64,000 nt of DNA from Candidatus Pelagibacter sp. GTDB lineage: Bacteria; Pseudomonadota; Alphaproteobacteria; Paracaedibacterales; CAIOTO01. The DNA is taken from the NCBI GenBank assembly GCA_013823725.1, contig PNMQ01000001.1, positions 18,437-82,436 on the forward strand, written 5' to 3'. Shown in pieces: positions 20,001 through 29,138 of the stretch; the first letter of the stretch is position 1, and each line of letters starts with the position of its first letter. Under the pieces are notes generated by a model, which saw only the letters and a list, made by a program, of their open reading frames with translations, ran no database searches and was not told the origin of the DNA. Position numbers and translations under genes: made by a program.

Positions 20001-21739
20001 TTGCTAAAATTGTTCAAACGGGCAGTGATCCTTCTAAGTTCAGTGAGTTCTTAAAAATCATGGATGCACATTTTAATTCTCTGATCAAAGCTAGTGAATA
20101 CTTGATTAATCATTCACCGCTTTTGGCTGCTTTACGCCAACCTTTAGAATGGTGGCAAGGAGATCAAAATTTAGTATCAAAATTATTAGGGTTAAACGAT
20201 TCTAAAGAATTGGAAAAGTATGTTAAGGACGAATTAATCAATATTTTGAATTTAGTTAATCGCTCTATTAAACCTGCCATATTGATGCGTTTACAATATT
20301 TACCTGGGTCTATCGATCGTGACAAAAAAAATATTTTATGGGCAACTTTAGTCAAAGATGTTAAAGGGCAAGAACAAAACTCTCCAGATAATCCTTTTGA
20401 AAAATTAGAAAAATTTTTAACACAAGACGTCAATAATTGGAAAGCTGATGAGGTTTTAAATTTTGTTCCAGTTGCCGAACTTGAAAAATCATCGCAAACA
20501 TTTTCAGAAGAAATATTAAAACAATTTAAGAAAAACATAAGGTCACGTGCAGAAATTTTGAAACGAAATAATGCCATTAAAGCGCACCAAACATTGATGG
20601 AATATTTTAATACAAATTTGAAAGATAAGTTCCCCTTTGCTGATGCATCACAAAGAGATATGCAATTTGCAACACTAGAAGATCTGAAAGAATTTTACCG
20701 TCTATATGATTCATTTGGTGGAAGTGCTAAAAATATATTGAATCAGGTATATCAATTAGGAGGGAAGGCCGATAAAATTTCAAAAGTTTACGTTGCTCTT
20801 GATCAAGTCAAAGAACTTTTTTCTTCATTTTTAAAGTCTCCACAGACAGACCCTATGTATACGGTTCAAATAGATTTTAGAACTCAAAGGGCTTTAGAAA
20901 AAGGTGGGGATATGATTATGGATTGGCAATTCATAACAGCCGAAACTTCAAGTATTAATCGTAAAAAAGGTTCTGGATACCTGGATTGGGCTTTTGGAGA
21001 ACCTGTTGAATTTAAATTTATTTGGGCTGATTCAAAACAACGTTCAGTTAATCCAGTGGCCGATAGATCTCAAACACAGTTGTCTGTTCAGGGTAAAAAA
21101 GCGACCTTTAAATTTGGTGGATCATGGTCGTTATTGTACGCCATCCAAAAACATAGAGACCATTCCATTCCTCAAATTTATGGTGCATCTATTCCTTTAC
21201 GATTTGAAGTGCTAACCACCAACAATAAAAAGGCAGTGCTGCATAATACAGTTACGTTACTAGATTATAAAACTGCATCTAAAGCAAAAGGACAGCCTAT
21301 TCAGTTACCTTATTTCCCAACGATGTTAGAGGCTATGGATCCTGTCATTGTGCAATTAAAAGATCATCCTGTGATAACACAGGGAAAAGTGAAAGAATCT
21401 AAATTACCCCTACATCCAGATATCCCTGTTGTTAAAAAGACAGTCTTAAATTTAGAACCTTCCAATGTTTCTGCCTCAAACGATGATGTCTTTGCTGATA
21501 ATCCAAAACAAATAAAACAAGATACACCAAAACCTTTTATAGGTTTCGGGGAAATTGAAGATAAAGAAAATATAAAACCTAAGAAAGATCAACCTAAAGC
21601 AGATGTATTACCTTTTGCAGGATTTTTCCCAGCACAATCTAAAGGCAATAAATCACCACAACCTAATCGCCCTATGAATCAAAAAGAAAGCGCACTGCAG
21701 ACTTTAATTGAACAGGGTAAAAAAATCGCTCCATTTTAA
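17075..21739 (+). CDS. tssM: Type VI secretion membrane ATPase-like protein TssM (IcmF family), enlarged (1554 aa)
   Basis: N-terminal TM segments. Walker A LILGPENAGKSSLF. ITKCDKVPGF (IcmF NTPase region). C-terminal IcmF-like block GEPVEFKFIWAD...GGSWSLLYAIQKH, followed by a K/P-rich tail. Confidence 0.9.
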   Translation: MLFHLNVFFIYFILWNNTVFATQQTSPKNSSLFIQGLKKIFSSVEALTIFVLILFIVVFVGILIVHSILKKKREGQSEELIHETPPRLGMLSEYLVRKGHIKLGKIGSSFMKGLFYIKQKFSFSNAIYQQPWFLILGPENAGKSSLFSQSNIFPENDIPEELKNPEAPVKWWFLDRMICLEPQGNLIVDCLGQDTNRLSMIYLSKLLRRYRGARPLNGIILTLPISDFYELDDAILERKYAHLSKKINDIFSFIALDLPVYVMITKCDKVPGFTSFFRNFNKNIQDELIGFSNPEISKKAPSLHFLHQGFEALFQQLSYLRLNTAVQQSTSNASQHAFLFYRNFETACKKIPVMIHKLFHDQDFAENIIFRGLYISGDMTIHNDVPADVVLGPSHTYDAALAMQETDDDSSNNNQSIQSSPYSSANPLPEKVENSKENVLRKIRFVKDLFNHKCLNEAGLAVPSLAYWRRDKMIRGVQIFFSFFLVIASYGIYNAYENFNHHRDKIKPVLQNLEMTLRESHINQSMLSGEKKSKAALSSKTLTLQIRQLVDVMYHVERSEFFSWFIPASWWGGLNNRFNQMLHAAFSEVLIKAVVHNLALKASEMLDLSDLQKKKPSTFAQILHITGSQEFADWNSFIDSFSELVEHISLFQMLKKTGEPKFLRKIVHYSLGEDLPTEFWNAYQKHQSILYKDFDYPYEMTPLVALAQKKLGVLHLKILTQLFSQTHPVSVINQIKSFLKSLSQHKALTYDQLRELRQISTDLKNSFHAIDVNGTTWIDENSTELKKMHAVFYKKISHSILFGPHIADQLKAQFDKGLLTLQSSLKELNLQYQTYLYSKKEYLDRSMGLVRLTSDILSRLFDGVFAGELYPPQLILTPPPGQMLTFDSEKLKSIITYQDAYNQYQAKDLNLVPLPFRAVFKHAANDLYIGTTFKILYESLKVIDYPQKNEIVHIFQTQPDRLFSLNAADYSMLMDVAKIVQTGSDPSKFSEFLKIMDAHFNSLIKASEYLINHSPLLAALRQPLEWWQGDQNLVSKLLGLNDSKELEKYVKDELINILNLVNRSIKPAILMRLQYLPGSIDRDKKNILWATLVKDVKGQEQNSPDNPFEKLEKFLTQDVNNWKADEVLNFVPVAELEKSSQTFSEEILKQFKKNIRSRAEILKRNNAIKAHQTLMEYFNTNLKDKFPFADASQRDMQFATLEDLKEFYRLYDSFGGSAKNILNQVYQLGGKADKISKVYVALDQVKELFSSFLKSPQTDPMYTVQIDFRTQRALEKGGDMIMDWQFITAETSSINRKKGSGYLDWAFGEPVEFKFIWADSKQRSVNPVADRSQTQLSVQGKKATFKFGGSWSLLYAIQKHRDHSIPQIYGASIPLRFEVLTTNNKKAVLHNTVTLLDYKTASKAKGQPIQLPYFPTMLEAMDPVIVQLKDHPVITQGKVKESKLPLHPDIPVVKKTVLNLEPSNVSASNDDVFADNPKQIKQDTPKPFIGFGEIEDKENIKPKKDQPKADVLPFAGFFPAQSKGNKSPQPNRPMNQKESALQTLIEQGKKIAPF

Positions 21740-21758
21740 TGGAAGATATGCCCTTTTT

Positions 21759-23252
21759 TTAAGAGGATGGAACGTCTCTTAAAAGTGTGATGCCGATACG
21801 ACGATTTTGTGGTGCATATGGATCTTTAGTGATAAGTGGGTCAGATGCTTCTCGACCTATGACAGATTCAAATCTTTGCGGTGAAACTCCAAATTTCACA
21901 AATGCTTTGCGGGTTGAATTGGCGCGATCAGCAGAAAGTTCCCAGTTAGTGTATTCTGTTCCACTATAAGGTGTGGCGTCTGTGTGTCCAGCAATCACCA
22001 CTTTTTTTGTGGATTCCTTAATAATATCACCAATTTTTTGTAATAGTTTTAAAGTGTGTTCTGATATTTGACTGCTTCCTTTTTCAAACATTGCTCGTTT
22101 ATATTGGTCGATGATCTGAATTTTTAACCCTTCTGAAGACAGCTCAACCACTAAGTTCGGTAATAGCTTTTTTGTTTCTGAATCTTTAGATACCTTCGCT
22201 AGTAATTCGTGTGCAAGTTTTTCAAGATTTTCGTTTTCTTCTTTGTAAAGTTTTTCTAGCTTATCTTTATGAATATTTTTAAGATCTTTGTTTCTAAGAA
22301 TTCGATTTTCACTATATAGAATTACTTTTTCATGTTCTGCGTCTAGAATTTGTTTGAGCATATTTTTTTCTGCTTCTGTTAATGTTGGGGTTTGCTTATC
22401 AGATTTTCCAGCAGATACTTGATCGCCATCCTGTGCAGGTTGTCCTTGGTTGGAAACTTGATCCGGCTTATTGTCGTTGTCTTTTAATTCTTTTTCACCA
22501 TCTTTTTGTTTCAGTCCATTTTGATCTTTGGGTCCTTGAGGTTCTTTTGAAGTCATATTTTCATTGAGTGTAGATGTTTTTTTATCTCCTTGCGAAATAT
22601 CATTTTTTTTATTACCCGAGTTAGAAGTCGCATCACCTTGATGTGTTTGTTCTCCAGATGTGTTGGTTTCCCCATTTGAATTTTTTGGTCCTTGGGTATT
22701 CGAAGATTCTTTTTGTCCTTGAATTTGTGACGCAACTTTTTGATTAAGAATTGTTCCTTTATCTAAATTAGTTTGAGGGATCTTCTCAGCACTTTTTTGA
22801 CTGGAAGATTTAGAGCTATCACGAGAAACATCGTAAGAATTTTCACCCCCTTTTTCTGTTGAAGATACTTCTTTATTGTTAGGATCAGGAATGTGAGATG
22901 GCATACCAGTGTCAGTATTTTCAGGACTTTCTGATTCTTCATTTTCAACAGGGTTAGGCTCTGTACCTTTTCCGTCACTATTATTGGAGTTACTAACATT
23001 AATGCCTTGCATCATGCCAGCACCACCATTTTGCGAATTTGTATTAATGAAATTTAGTGCAAAATATTCTGCAATACCACTTTTTTGCTCGTCAGAGGCA
23101 ACATTAACAAGCCACATCAACATAAAAAAAGCCATCATTGCTGTTACGAAATCAGCATATGCAATTTTCCAACTTCCTCCATGTGCACCATGATCAGCTT
23201 TTTTTATTACTTTTTTTATATAGATAATAGGCTTTTTATCATTTTCTGCCAT
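21759..23252 (-). CDS. motB: Flagellar motor stator protein MotB with a long low-complexity insertion
   Basis: N-terminal HGGSWKIAYADFVTAMMAFFMLMWLV (MotB plug/TM with conserved Asp). C-terminal OmpA-like IAGHTDATPY...NWELSADRANSTRKAF. About 270 aa of S/N/Q/K/G-rich sequence lies between them. Confidence 0.9.
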   Translation of the reverse strand: MAENDKKPIIYIKKVIKKADHGAHGGSWKIAYADFVTAMMAFFMLMWLVNVASDEQKSGIAEYFALNFINTNSQNGGAGMMQGINVSNSNNSDGKGTEPNPVENEESESPENTDTGMPSHIPDPNNKEVSSTEKGGENSYDVSRDSSKSSSQKSAEKIPQTNLDKGTILNQKVASQIQGQKESSNTQGPKNSNGETNTSGEQTHQGDATSNSGNKKNDISQGDKKTSTLNENMTSKEPQGPKDQNGLKQKDGEKELKDNDNKPDQVSNQGQPAQDGDQVSAGKSDKQTPTLTEAEKNMLKQILDAEHEKVILYSENRILRNKDLKNIHKDKLEKLYKEENENLEKLAHELLAKVSKDSETKKLLPNLVVELSSEGLKIQIIDQYKRAMFEKGSSQISEHTLKLLQKIGDIIKESTKKVVIAGHTDATPYSGTEYTNWELSADRANSTRKAFVKFGVSPQRFESVIGREASDPLITKDPYAPQNRRIGITLLRDVPSS

Positions 23253-23268
23253 TTATTGTCTCATCATT

Positions 23269-24129
23269 TTAACCATCAGTATTTTGCTGTGTTAATTCTT
23301 CTAGTTCGGTAAAAGAAGGGCGATAATGTTCATCAAGAATCTTCCTTCCATATTCAACAACGATAATAGGCGCATTACCATTCATGTATGAAATAATGGC
23401 TGTTTTAATACAAATAAGGTATTTTTGATCAGCTTCAAGAACGTATTTTAAATTTTGCGCAATAGGTCCTACGATTCCATAGCTTACTAAAATTCCAAGA
23501 AATGTACCAACAAGGGCTGCTCCAATAAGGCTTCCTAATATTTCTGGTGGTTGACTGATGGATTCCATGGTGTGAATAACACCTAAAACAGCAGCCACAA
23601 TACCTAATGCAGGCATACCATCCGCCATTTTCTCAAATGCACTTACATCCAAATGATCGTCATGAAAAAGAACTTCAAGTTCTTGATTCATTAAATCTTC
23701 CATTTGCATTGCATTATCATTACCCATTGTCAATAATCGCAAGTAGTCGCACATAAATGTTAGAGCAGAGTTATTAAGCATAAAAGCTGGGAATTTTTGA
23801 AAAATTGCTGAATCAAAAGGATTTTCGACATGAGGTTCTAACGAAAGCATGCCCTTATTTTTAGCTAGCCTAAAAATACTGAATAACAAGTTTAAAAGTT
23901 GAGAATAATCATTTTTTGAATATTTGGGCCCATTAATCACTTTTTTTAGGTTTGTTACAAATCTATCTAAAACGTGTCCAGGATTAGCTATAATGAAAGC
24001 TGCTATTCCGCTTCCAAAAATAATAAGAAATTCAAAGGGTTGCATTAAAATTTTAAGATGTCCGCCAGCACCCATATAGCCTGCGAAGACACTGAAAAAT
24101 AAGATACCAAGGCCAATGTAAAATTTCAT
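23269..24129 (-). CDS. motA: Flagellar motor stator protein MotA
   Basis: Four predicted TM segments, MotA/TolQ/ExbB channel motif MPALGIVAAVLGVIHTM and GAALVGTFLGILVSYG. Immediately upstream of motB. Confidence 0.85.
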   Translation of the reverse strand: MKFYIGLGILFFSVFAGYMGAGGHLKILMQPFEFLIIFGSGIAAFIIANPGHVLDRFVTNLKKVINGPKYSKNDYSQLLNLLFSIFRLAKNKGMLSLEPHVENPFDSAIFQKFPAFMLNNSALTFMCDYLRLLTMGNDNAMQMEDLMNQELEVLFHDDHLDVSAFEKMADGMPALGIVAAVLGVIHTMESISQPPEILGSLIGAALVGTFLGILVSYGIVGPIAQNLKYVLEADQKYLICIKTAIISYMNGNAPIIVVEYGRKILDEHYRPSFTELEELTQQNTDG

Positions 24130-24223
24130 GTAATGAATAGAAGATAAATTTTAAATATTTTATGAATAATTTAGTTATGAAATAGTTAAAAATTATATAT
24201 TTTATACATCACGATGTTTGAAT

Positions 24224-24248
24224 AAAAAAAGCATGGTTTAATCCACGC
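24224..24248 (-). terminator. Candidate rho-independent terminator after the 24278..24859 gene
   Basis: On the minus strand, stem gcgtgg/ccatgc (one G-U pair) with a 6-nt loop, followed by a U7 run. Confidence 0.45.
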
Positions 24249-24277
24249 CATTTTAATAAATGAAAACAATGTTATTT

Positions 24278-24859
24278 TTATAGAATAATATCTGGCCAAT
24301 AAGTTGCTAAATAGCTTTGCGGGTACAACCCTCGCATTTCAACTACATATTCTCGTGTTATTTTGTTCCCAAACATTTCTACCAATTTTTCTGTGATCGA
24401 AATAAGTTTGGTTTGCTCTAATTCTTTTTCAGCTCGTTCTCTTTCTGCGTGAATTCTTAAATAATTATTACTGACCTCTTGATTTCCCCATACTCTATGG
24501 CACAACGAAAGCATTTCAGCTGTTCTGGAGTTTTTCAATCTTGAATCTAAACTTTCTAATTTTTCTAGAAAAGAGTTGTCAAATTCAGTAATTCCTTTAA
24601 GTGATAGAAAATTCCTCTGGATAACGATATTATTCATTTGATCCTCTGTTAAGCCCCTTCTGTCAATGTGTAAACATAGTTTTTCCACTGCGATAGATAT
24701 GTGGCTTGGAATTATTTGATCAAATTCTTTAAATTCTGGATCTTCGTAATATGCTGTTTGATCTGATGTATTTAATTTTTTAGCTTCTTCGTAGATGTTT
24801 ATGTCGCTAGAAAATGCGAAATGTGCTGTTAATAGAAGGGTATATAATACTGTCTTCAT
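24278..24859 (-). CDS. Hypothetical secreted protein
   Basis: 193-aa ORF with signal-peptide-like MKTVLYTLLLTAHFAFS. No family recognised. Confidence 0.45.
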   Translation of the reverse strand: MKTVLYTLLLTAHFAFSSDINIYEEAKKLNTSDQTAYYEDPEFKEFDQIIPSHISIAVEKLCLHIDRRGLTEDQMNNIVIQRNFLSLKGITEFDNSFLEKLESLDSRLKNSRTAEMLSLCHRVWGNQEVSNNYLRIHAERERAEKELEQTKLISITEKLVEMFGNKITREYVVEMRGLYPQSYLATYWPDIIL

Positions 24860-25051
24860 TTTTTGACTTTCTAAATAATTATTTAAATATAATACATTTT
24901 ATATTATTTTTTATCAATCTATATTTTTATTTTAACAATGTTTTAAATTTAATTTTTATATTATATAATAAAGATGGATCTGGTATTTTTAAATATATTA
25001 CGCACATACTTTTAAAAAATATCTTCAATTCAGATCAGAGGGGTAATCTAA

Positions 25052-25855
25052 ATGATTTTCTTAAAAAATATTTTAAAGCGTCGATCTAAACAATTTTTTT
25101 CTGTATTGCAAATCTTATGCATACAAACAGTTTTTTCTATGACAGTCGACGAGATCCCCCGCGAAACCCTAATTTTGAAAAAAGAGATTCATATTGCCTA
25201 TGTGGAAGATTCACTCATGTTTAGAAATCTTGTAAGTCGAATGGTAAAGAGCTATAACGAAAAAAATGGTGATCATACTGTAAAGTTGACATTGCATATT
25301 CATGAAGATGAATTTATAAAAACATATTCTGCTTTAGAAGATCTCAATCACTTTGATATTATTTTTACAGATATGCAAATGAACGAAATGCATTCAGGTT
25401 TTTTAGTAGCGGAGTATTTGCGAGAATTGAAATACTCAAAACCTATTATTGTTTTAAGTTCTGACCATGCAGCTCTTCAGGAATATTCACAAAATAGGAA
25501 TCCTGAATCTGTATATCATGAATATTCTCATTGTTTTGAACATGTATCGTCCATTCGCGCTAAATTGAATCACGATACCTTGAGGGATTTATTAGAACAA
25601 TATGTTGTGGGTCAACAAACAGCGGAAGCGTCGACTGCTGATTTTCAATTTTATGATAATTTGAGTGATAAAGAAGTTTTAAACTCACTATTTTCAAGTG
25701 ATGAGGTTGAAAGCAAAGCTTTACAGGCATTCCAGGAACACGAATCTCCCAGGGTGTTTAAAAGATTAAGAGCGGTGCTTTTAAGAGCTTCAAATATTTA
25801 CAGTCTCTTTTCTCCATTTTTAAAATGTTCACAAGTAGTGTCCCCGGATAGATAA
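25052..25855 (+). CDS. Receiver (REC) domain protein with a hydrophobic N-terminal leader and an uncharacterised C-terminal region
   Basis: REC-like IHIAYVEDSLMFRNLV, FDIIFTDMQMNEMHSG (phospho-acceptor Asp context), PIIVLSS. Good RBS (gagggg) 8 nt before the ATG at 25052, so the leader KQFFSVLQILCIQTVFS is probably translated. Confidence 0.55.
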   Translation: MIFLKNILKRRSKQFFSVLQILCIQTVFSMTVDEIPRETLILKKEIHIAYVEDSLMFRNLVSRMVKSYNEKNGDHTVKLTLHIHEDEFIKTYSALEDLNHFDIIFTDMQMNEMHSGFLVAEYLRELKYSKPIIVLSSDHAALQEYSQNRNPESVYHEYSHCFEHVSSIRAKLNHDTLRDLLEQYVVGQQTAEASTADFQFYDNLSDKEVLNSLFSSDEVESKALQAFQEHESPRVFKRLRAVLLRASNIYSLFSPFLKCSQVVSPDR

Positions 25856-26228
25856 AGGGTTTGATGTGCGCTTTTTTACGTATTAGAGCTCACTATCCTC
25901 ATCATTTTTTCGAAATAAAATGAAATAAAATATTTTATTGTAAATCAAATTACTTCATGCGTTTGATAATACTTATAAAATAATATTTTTTTGAAAAATT
26001 CTGCACATTAAGTTGAATTTTCATATATTTTAGTATATTTCACGCTTTATGTATTGATATTTGAATTCTTATAATCTATAATCACAAATCAATGACGGGG
26101 ACCTTCTTTATTTCCTGATTTAGTTTGTGTATTGATGTAGTTTTTGAACCCATAGATGCATGAAATGGCTTAATTTAAAGTATAAGAAGGTCCTTGTAAA
26201 TAAATATAAAATAAAGAGAGGAACTAAT

Positions 26229-27917
26229 ATGACTTTTCCCAATGTGTTATTTGAAATGCAATCTAAAATTTCCTTGTCAGCTTTTATTTTAATGGGAACT
26301 TTTAGTTATTTGGGGGCAATGGCACTGGAAGATAAGAATCTAAATATATCTCCCAGTAATTCTAGTTATCGTACACCTGAAAAATCTGGAGTTGAAGTTA
26401 GTTATCAAGGATATGTTAACTCTGTTGACTCTGATGGTTCCAACACTCCGCAGTCTCCTGTTCCTGTAAGATTAGGAAATAATACGCGAGAAGCAATTGT
26501 CAGGGTTAACACTTCAGAATTTTGCGTTCCAAAAGTAGTATCAGTAACATCAGAAGGTCTTGTGGGGGCGTTAAGTAGTCCTGACAAAAGATCTAAGATG
26601 TTTGGTCAACGAAATCTCGATAGAATTAAAAAATTACATGCTGATGTACAAAAAAATGTTACTGCCGGTAGTGGAGCAAGAAGAAAGACAGTTTCTCAAA
26701 TACATCAAACAGAACCTACTTCATCAACCGATTCGCCATTAGTTACATATTCTGAAACATATATTCGCAGTCCAGGTAATGAAAGTCCTGGTTATGTCCC
26801 CCCATCTCTCAATCCGTATCATGTGTCTTACGCAGATGAAGAAGTTCTTTCGCCCAGTGTTCGAAGAAGTCAACCGGATGCGCTAACGTTAGTTTCGGAA
26901 TTTTCAGCTGAAAATTCTGTTGCCCTTAACCAGCGTCTTGATTTCGGCAGCGATATTTCACAAGAACTAATGCGTGTTCGACAAGAGAAGGAAGAGTTTG
27001 CAGCGCTACTTCAAACCTATTTTTCTGGAGAACTTGATTCTTCCATTACACAAGACCTTGATACTACAGAAATTAATCGAAATTTAGGTTATACAAAAAG
27101 TTACACCGACTATATAAATGCAGATTCAGATTTGAAGGAGGAGATTGTTGAAGTTCTTATGGATGATCCGGATTATAAAGGTCTCAATGCTGAAAATGCC
27201 GAAACCTTTTTGCACGCTAAAATGGTGGATGGAACGCCACAGGTGCAGAGTTTTTTTAAAAAAATACGAACGATACAACAAAAGGCAGTAAAAATTGCAC
27301 AGATAAAACATGAATCTGGTCAACAATTAGCAGCACGTGCATCGGACATGCTTGTTACAACTGGCTCGGTTGTGACTGAAATAGATGCTAAAAATTCTTT
27401 GTTTTGCAACAGGTTGATGGGACTTTTATACAAGGAAGATGTTTTAAAATATATGAACGGTAAGCTTGAAGTTTCACGAGATCTCGTAGATTCACGTAAT
27501 TCTGTTGCATTAATTAACGCACTTGAAGTGCTGACCACCGAGTTTGTTAAGGCTTCCTCGATGAATTTAAATTTAACAGAATCTCAGTTACAGCTCACAG
27601 AAACTATTAAACAAGGCCAGTTGACTCTTGCAACAACACTAAGTGCAGCCGAGAAGGATCGTTGTGAAGCTGCTGAGGAACGTAAAGGGCAGAATGAAAC
27701 TATTTCTAGATTATCGAAAACGTGTGAGGATTCTTCTCAGATAATTAAGAATTTGTCGTTGCAGGTTAGTTCTTTGGAAAGTGCCAATCAAGCTCTGATT
27801 TTACAACGAGAGTCATATGAATTGGAAAAAGAGGCATTACTGAAAAGAATAAAAGAGTTAGAACTACAAGCATTAAAACAGCCAGCTAAAAAGTCAACAT
27901 TTGGAATGAAAAAGTAA
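26229..27917 (+). CDS. Hypothetical secreted or membrane protein with an S/P-rich region and a C-terminal coiled coil
   Basis: The ORF track begins at 26160, but a strong RBS (agagagg) precedes the ATG at 26229 (MTFPNVLFEMQ...). Signal/TM segment ISLSAFILMGTFSYLGAMA. C-terminal heptad-like LSLQVSSLESANQALILQRESYELEKEALLKRIKELELQ. Confidence 0.5.
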   Translation: MTFPNVLFEMQSKISLSAFILMGTFSYLGAMALEDKNLNISPSNSSYRTPEKSGVEVSYQGYVNSVDSDGSNTPQSPVPVRLGNNTREAIVRVNTSEFCVPKVVSVTSEGLVGALSSPDKRSKMFGQRNLDRIKKLHADVQKNVTAGSGARRKTVSQIHQTEPTSSTDSPLVTYSETYIRSPGNESPGYVPPSLNPYHVSYADEEVLSPSVRRSQPDALTLVSEFSAENSVALNQRLDFGSDISQELMRVRQEKEEFAALLQTYFSGELDSSITQDLDTTEINRNLGYTKSYTDYINADSDLKEEIVEVLMDDPDYKGLNAENAETFLHAKMVDGTPQVQSFFKKIRTIQQKAVKIAQIKHESGQQLAARASDMLVTTGSVVTEIDAKNSLFCNRLMGLLYKEDVLKYMNGKLEVSRDLVDSRNSVALINALEVLTTEFVKASSMNLNLTESQLQLTETIKQGQLTLATTLSAAEKDRCEAAEERKGQNETISRLSKTCEDSSQIIKNLSLQVSSLESANQALILQRESYELEKEALLKRIKELELQALKQPAKKSTFGMKK

Positions 27918-28021
27918 TAAAAATTCTAAAAAAAATGATATATCTATTTTTTGATTGTGCATAAAAGTGCAATTTTTTTTCTTAACATTTAAGAAAAAAC
28001 AAATAACAAGGAGAATTAAAA

Positions 28022-28954
28022 ATGACAAAAAATAAATCGATAAAAATTGCAGTAGCGACACTATTGGTGTCAAATGTGGGAAATACTGTAACTGCTTCAG
28101 AGACTAATGTTTTTGATTTGCAATCACCTGTACGCCTTGGAACTCAAATCTATCAGGTTGACACTCCTGAAACGGCAGCGGACCTTAAGCAGCGAGCAGC
28201 ACAACTCAAAGATAAAAAAACACCTGCGCTTCGTAGCAAAGCAGAGGCTAAATTAGATGGGAAGAAAGGCCGTTTACCTCATAGAGTGTTAGAACAGTTA
28301 ATAAATACTGAACTAAAAGCATATAAAAGTGAAAGAGAAATAGAATTTAACAAACTAGAGATTGATGTGAAAGCAGCTCAAGATCGTGCAATAGCAAGAT
28401 CAAAGGAAGTAGAGTCTAACTCTGAGATACAAGCCCTTATTGAAAGTTTACAGAATCAAAGAATAGAGGCTTCAGAACTTGGGCGATCATTCGCAGAGCT
28501 TGCTGCTGAAAAAGAACGCAAAGAAGAACAAATTCAAAAACTTATTGCTGATAAAGCAGTTAAAGAAGCTGAAATTAGGGATATTCAAAGCGCAAATGAA
28601 TCAGAAAAAAAAGATTTAGTAGAAGCACTTGAAGAAACATTAATGCAACAACAATCTGATTTAGAGAGATTAACTGCTGCGCAGATAAGGCTTGAAAATG
28701 ACTTATATGAAAAGAATAAAGCTTTAACTGATTCAAAATCAAAGCTTGATTCTTTGATGCCTTTGGTAAATGCCGTTAGAAGTGGTGCGGTAGATCGAGC
28801 ACCTTTGGTTACAACTGCACGCGCAGAAATTCCAGTAGGAACAGGAAGAAATGAAGGCGCAACAGAACAACAACAGCAAAATACTCAGAGAGTAAAGAAA
28901 GAAAAATCTAAATATAAACCTGGTGTTAATATAGATGAATCAGAACAGGGCTAA
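28022..28954 (+). CDS. Hypothetical secreted coiled-coil protein
   Basis: Signal peptide MTKNKSIKIAVATLLVSNVGNTVTASE. The remainder is E/K/Q/A-rich heptad-like sequence. No family recognised. Confidence 0.5.
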   Translation: MTKNKSIKIAVATLLVSNVGNTVTASETNVFDLQSPVRLGTQIYQVDTPETAADLKQRAAQLKDKKTPALRSKAEAKLDGKKGRLPHRVLEQLINTELKAYKSEREIEFNKLEIDVKAAQDRAIARSKEVESNSEIQALIESLQNQRIEASELGRSFAELAAEKERKEEQIQKLIADKAVKEAEIRDIQSANESEKKDLVEALEETLMQQQSDLERLTAAQIRLENDLYEKNKALTDSKSKLDSLMPLVNAVRSGAVDRAPLVTTARAEIPVGTGRNEGATEQQQQNTQRVKKEKSKYKPGVNIDESEQG

Positions 28955-28996
28955 GAAAGATAAAATTTGAAAAGATTCAGTTTTTTGCAAATTAGT

Positions 28997-29040
28997 AAAG
29001 AAGCAGGCATATTGTATGTCTGCTTCTTTATGAAATTTTT
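28997..29040 (+). terminator. Rho-independent terminator after the 28022..28954 gene
   Basis: Long stem aagaagcaggcata / tatgtctgcttctt (one G-U pair), followed downstream by a T-rich tract (tatgaaattttt). Confidence 0.6.
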
Positions 29041-29138
29041 CTCTGATGATATTGTTAAATTACATAAGTAAAAAATAAGAATACTAAGTTCTTTTTTTGG
29101 ACTAATTCTAAATATTGTGTTGAAAAGAAAAAATAATA

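Noticed and set aside
22382-23312. Five short ORFs overlapping motB (22382..22567, 22553..22735, 22763..22999, 22909..23193, 23085..23312)
   Set aside because: They arise from the low-complexity insert of motB. The MotB frame has clear N- and C-terminal domain motifs, and none of the alternatives has any.
26099-26193. 10-bp GC-rich inverted repeat (ggaccttctt / aagaaggtcc) spaced ~75 nt in the leader of the 26229 gene, possibly a 5'-UTR structure or riboswitch
   Set aside because: It is a single short stem with an AT-rich interior and no recognisable riboswitch core. It could be chance or a simple operator. It is worth an Rfam scan but is not supportable as a feature.
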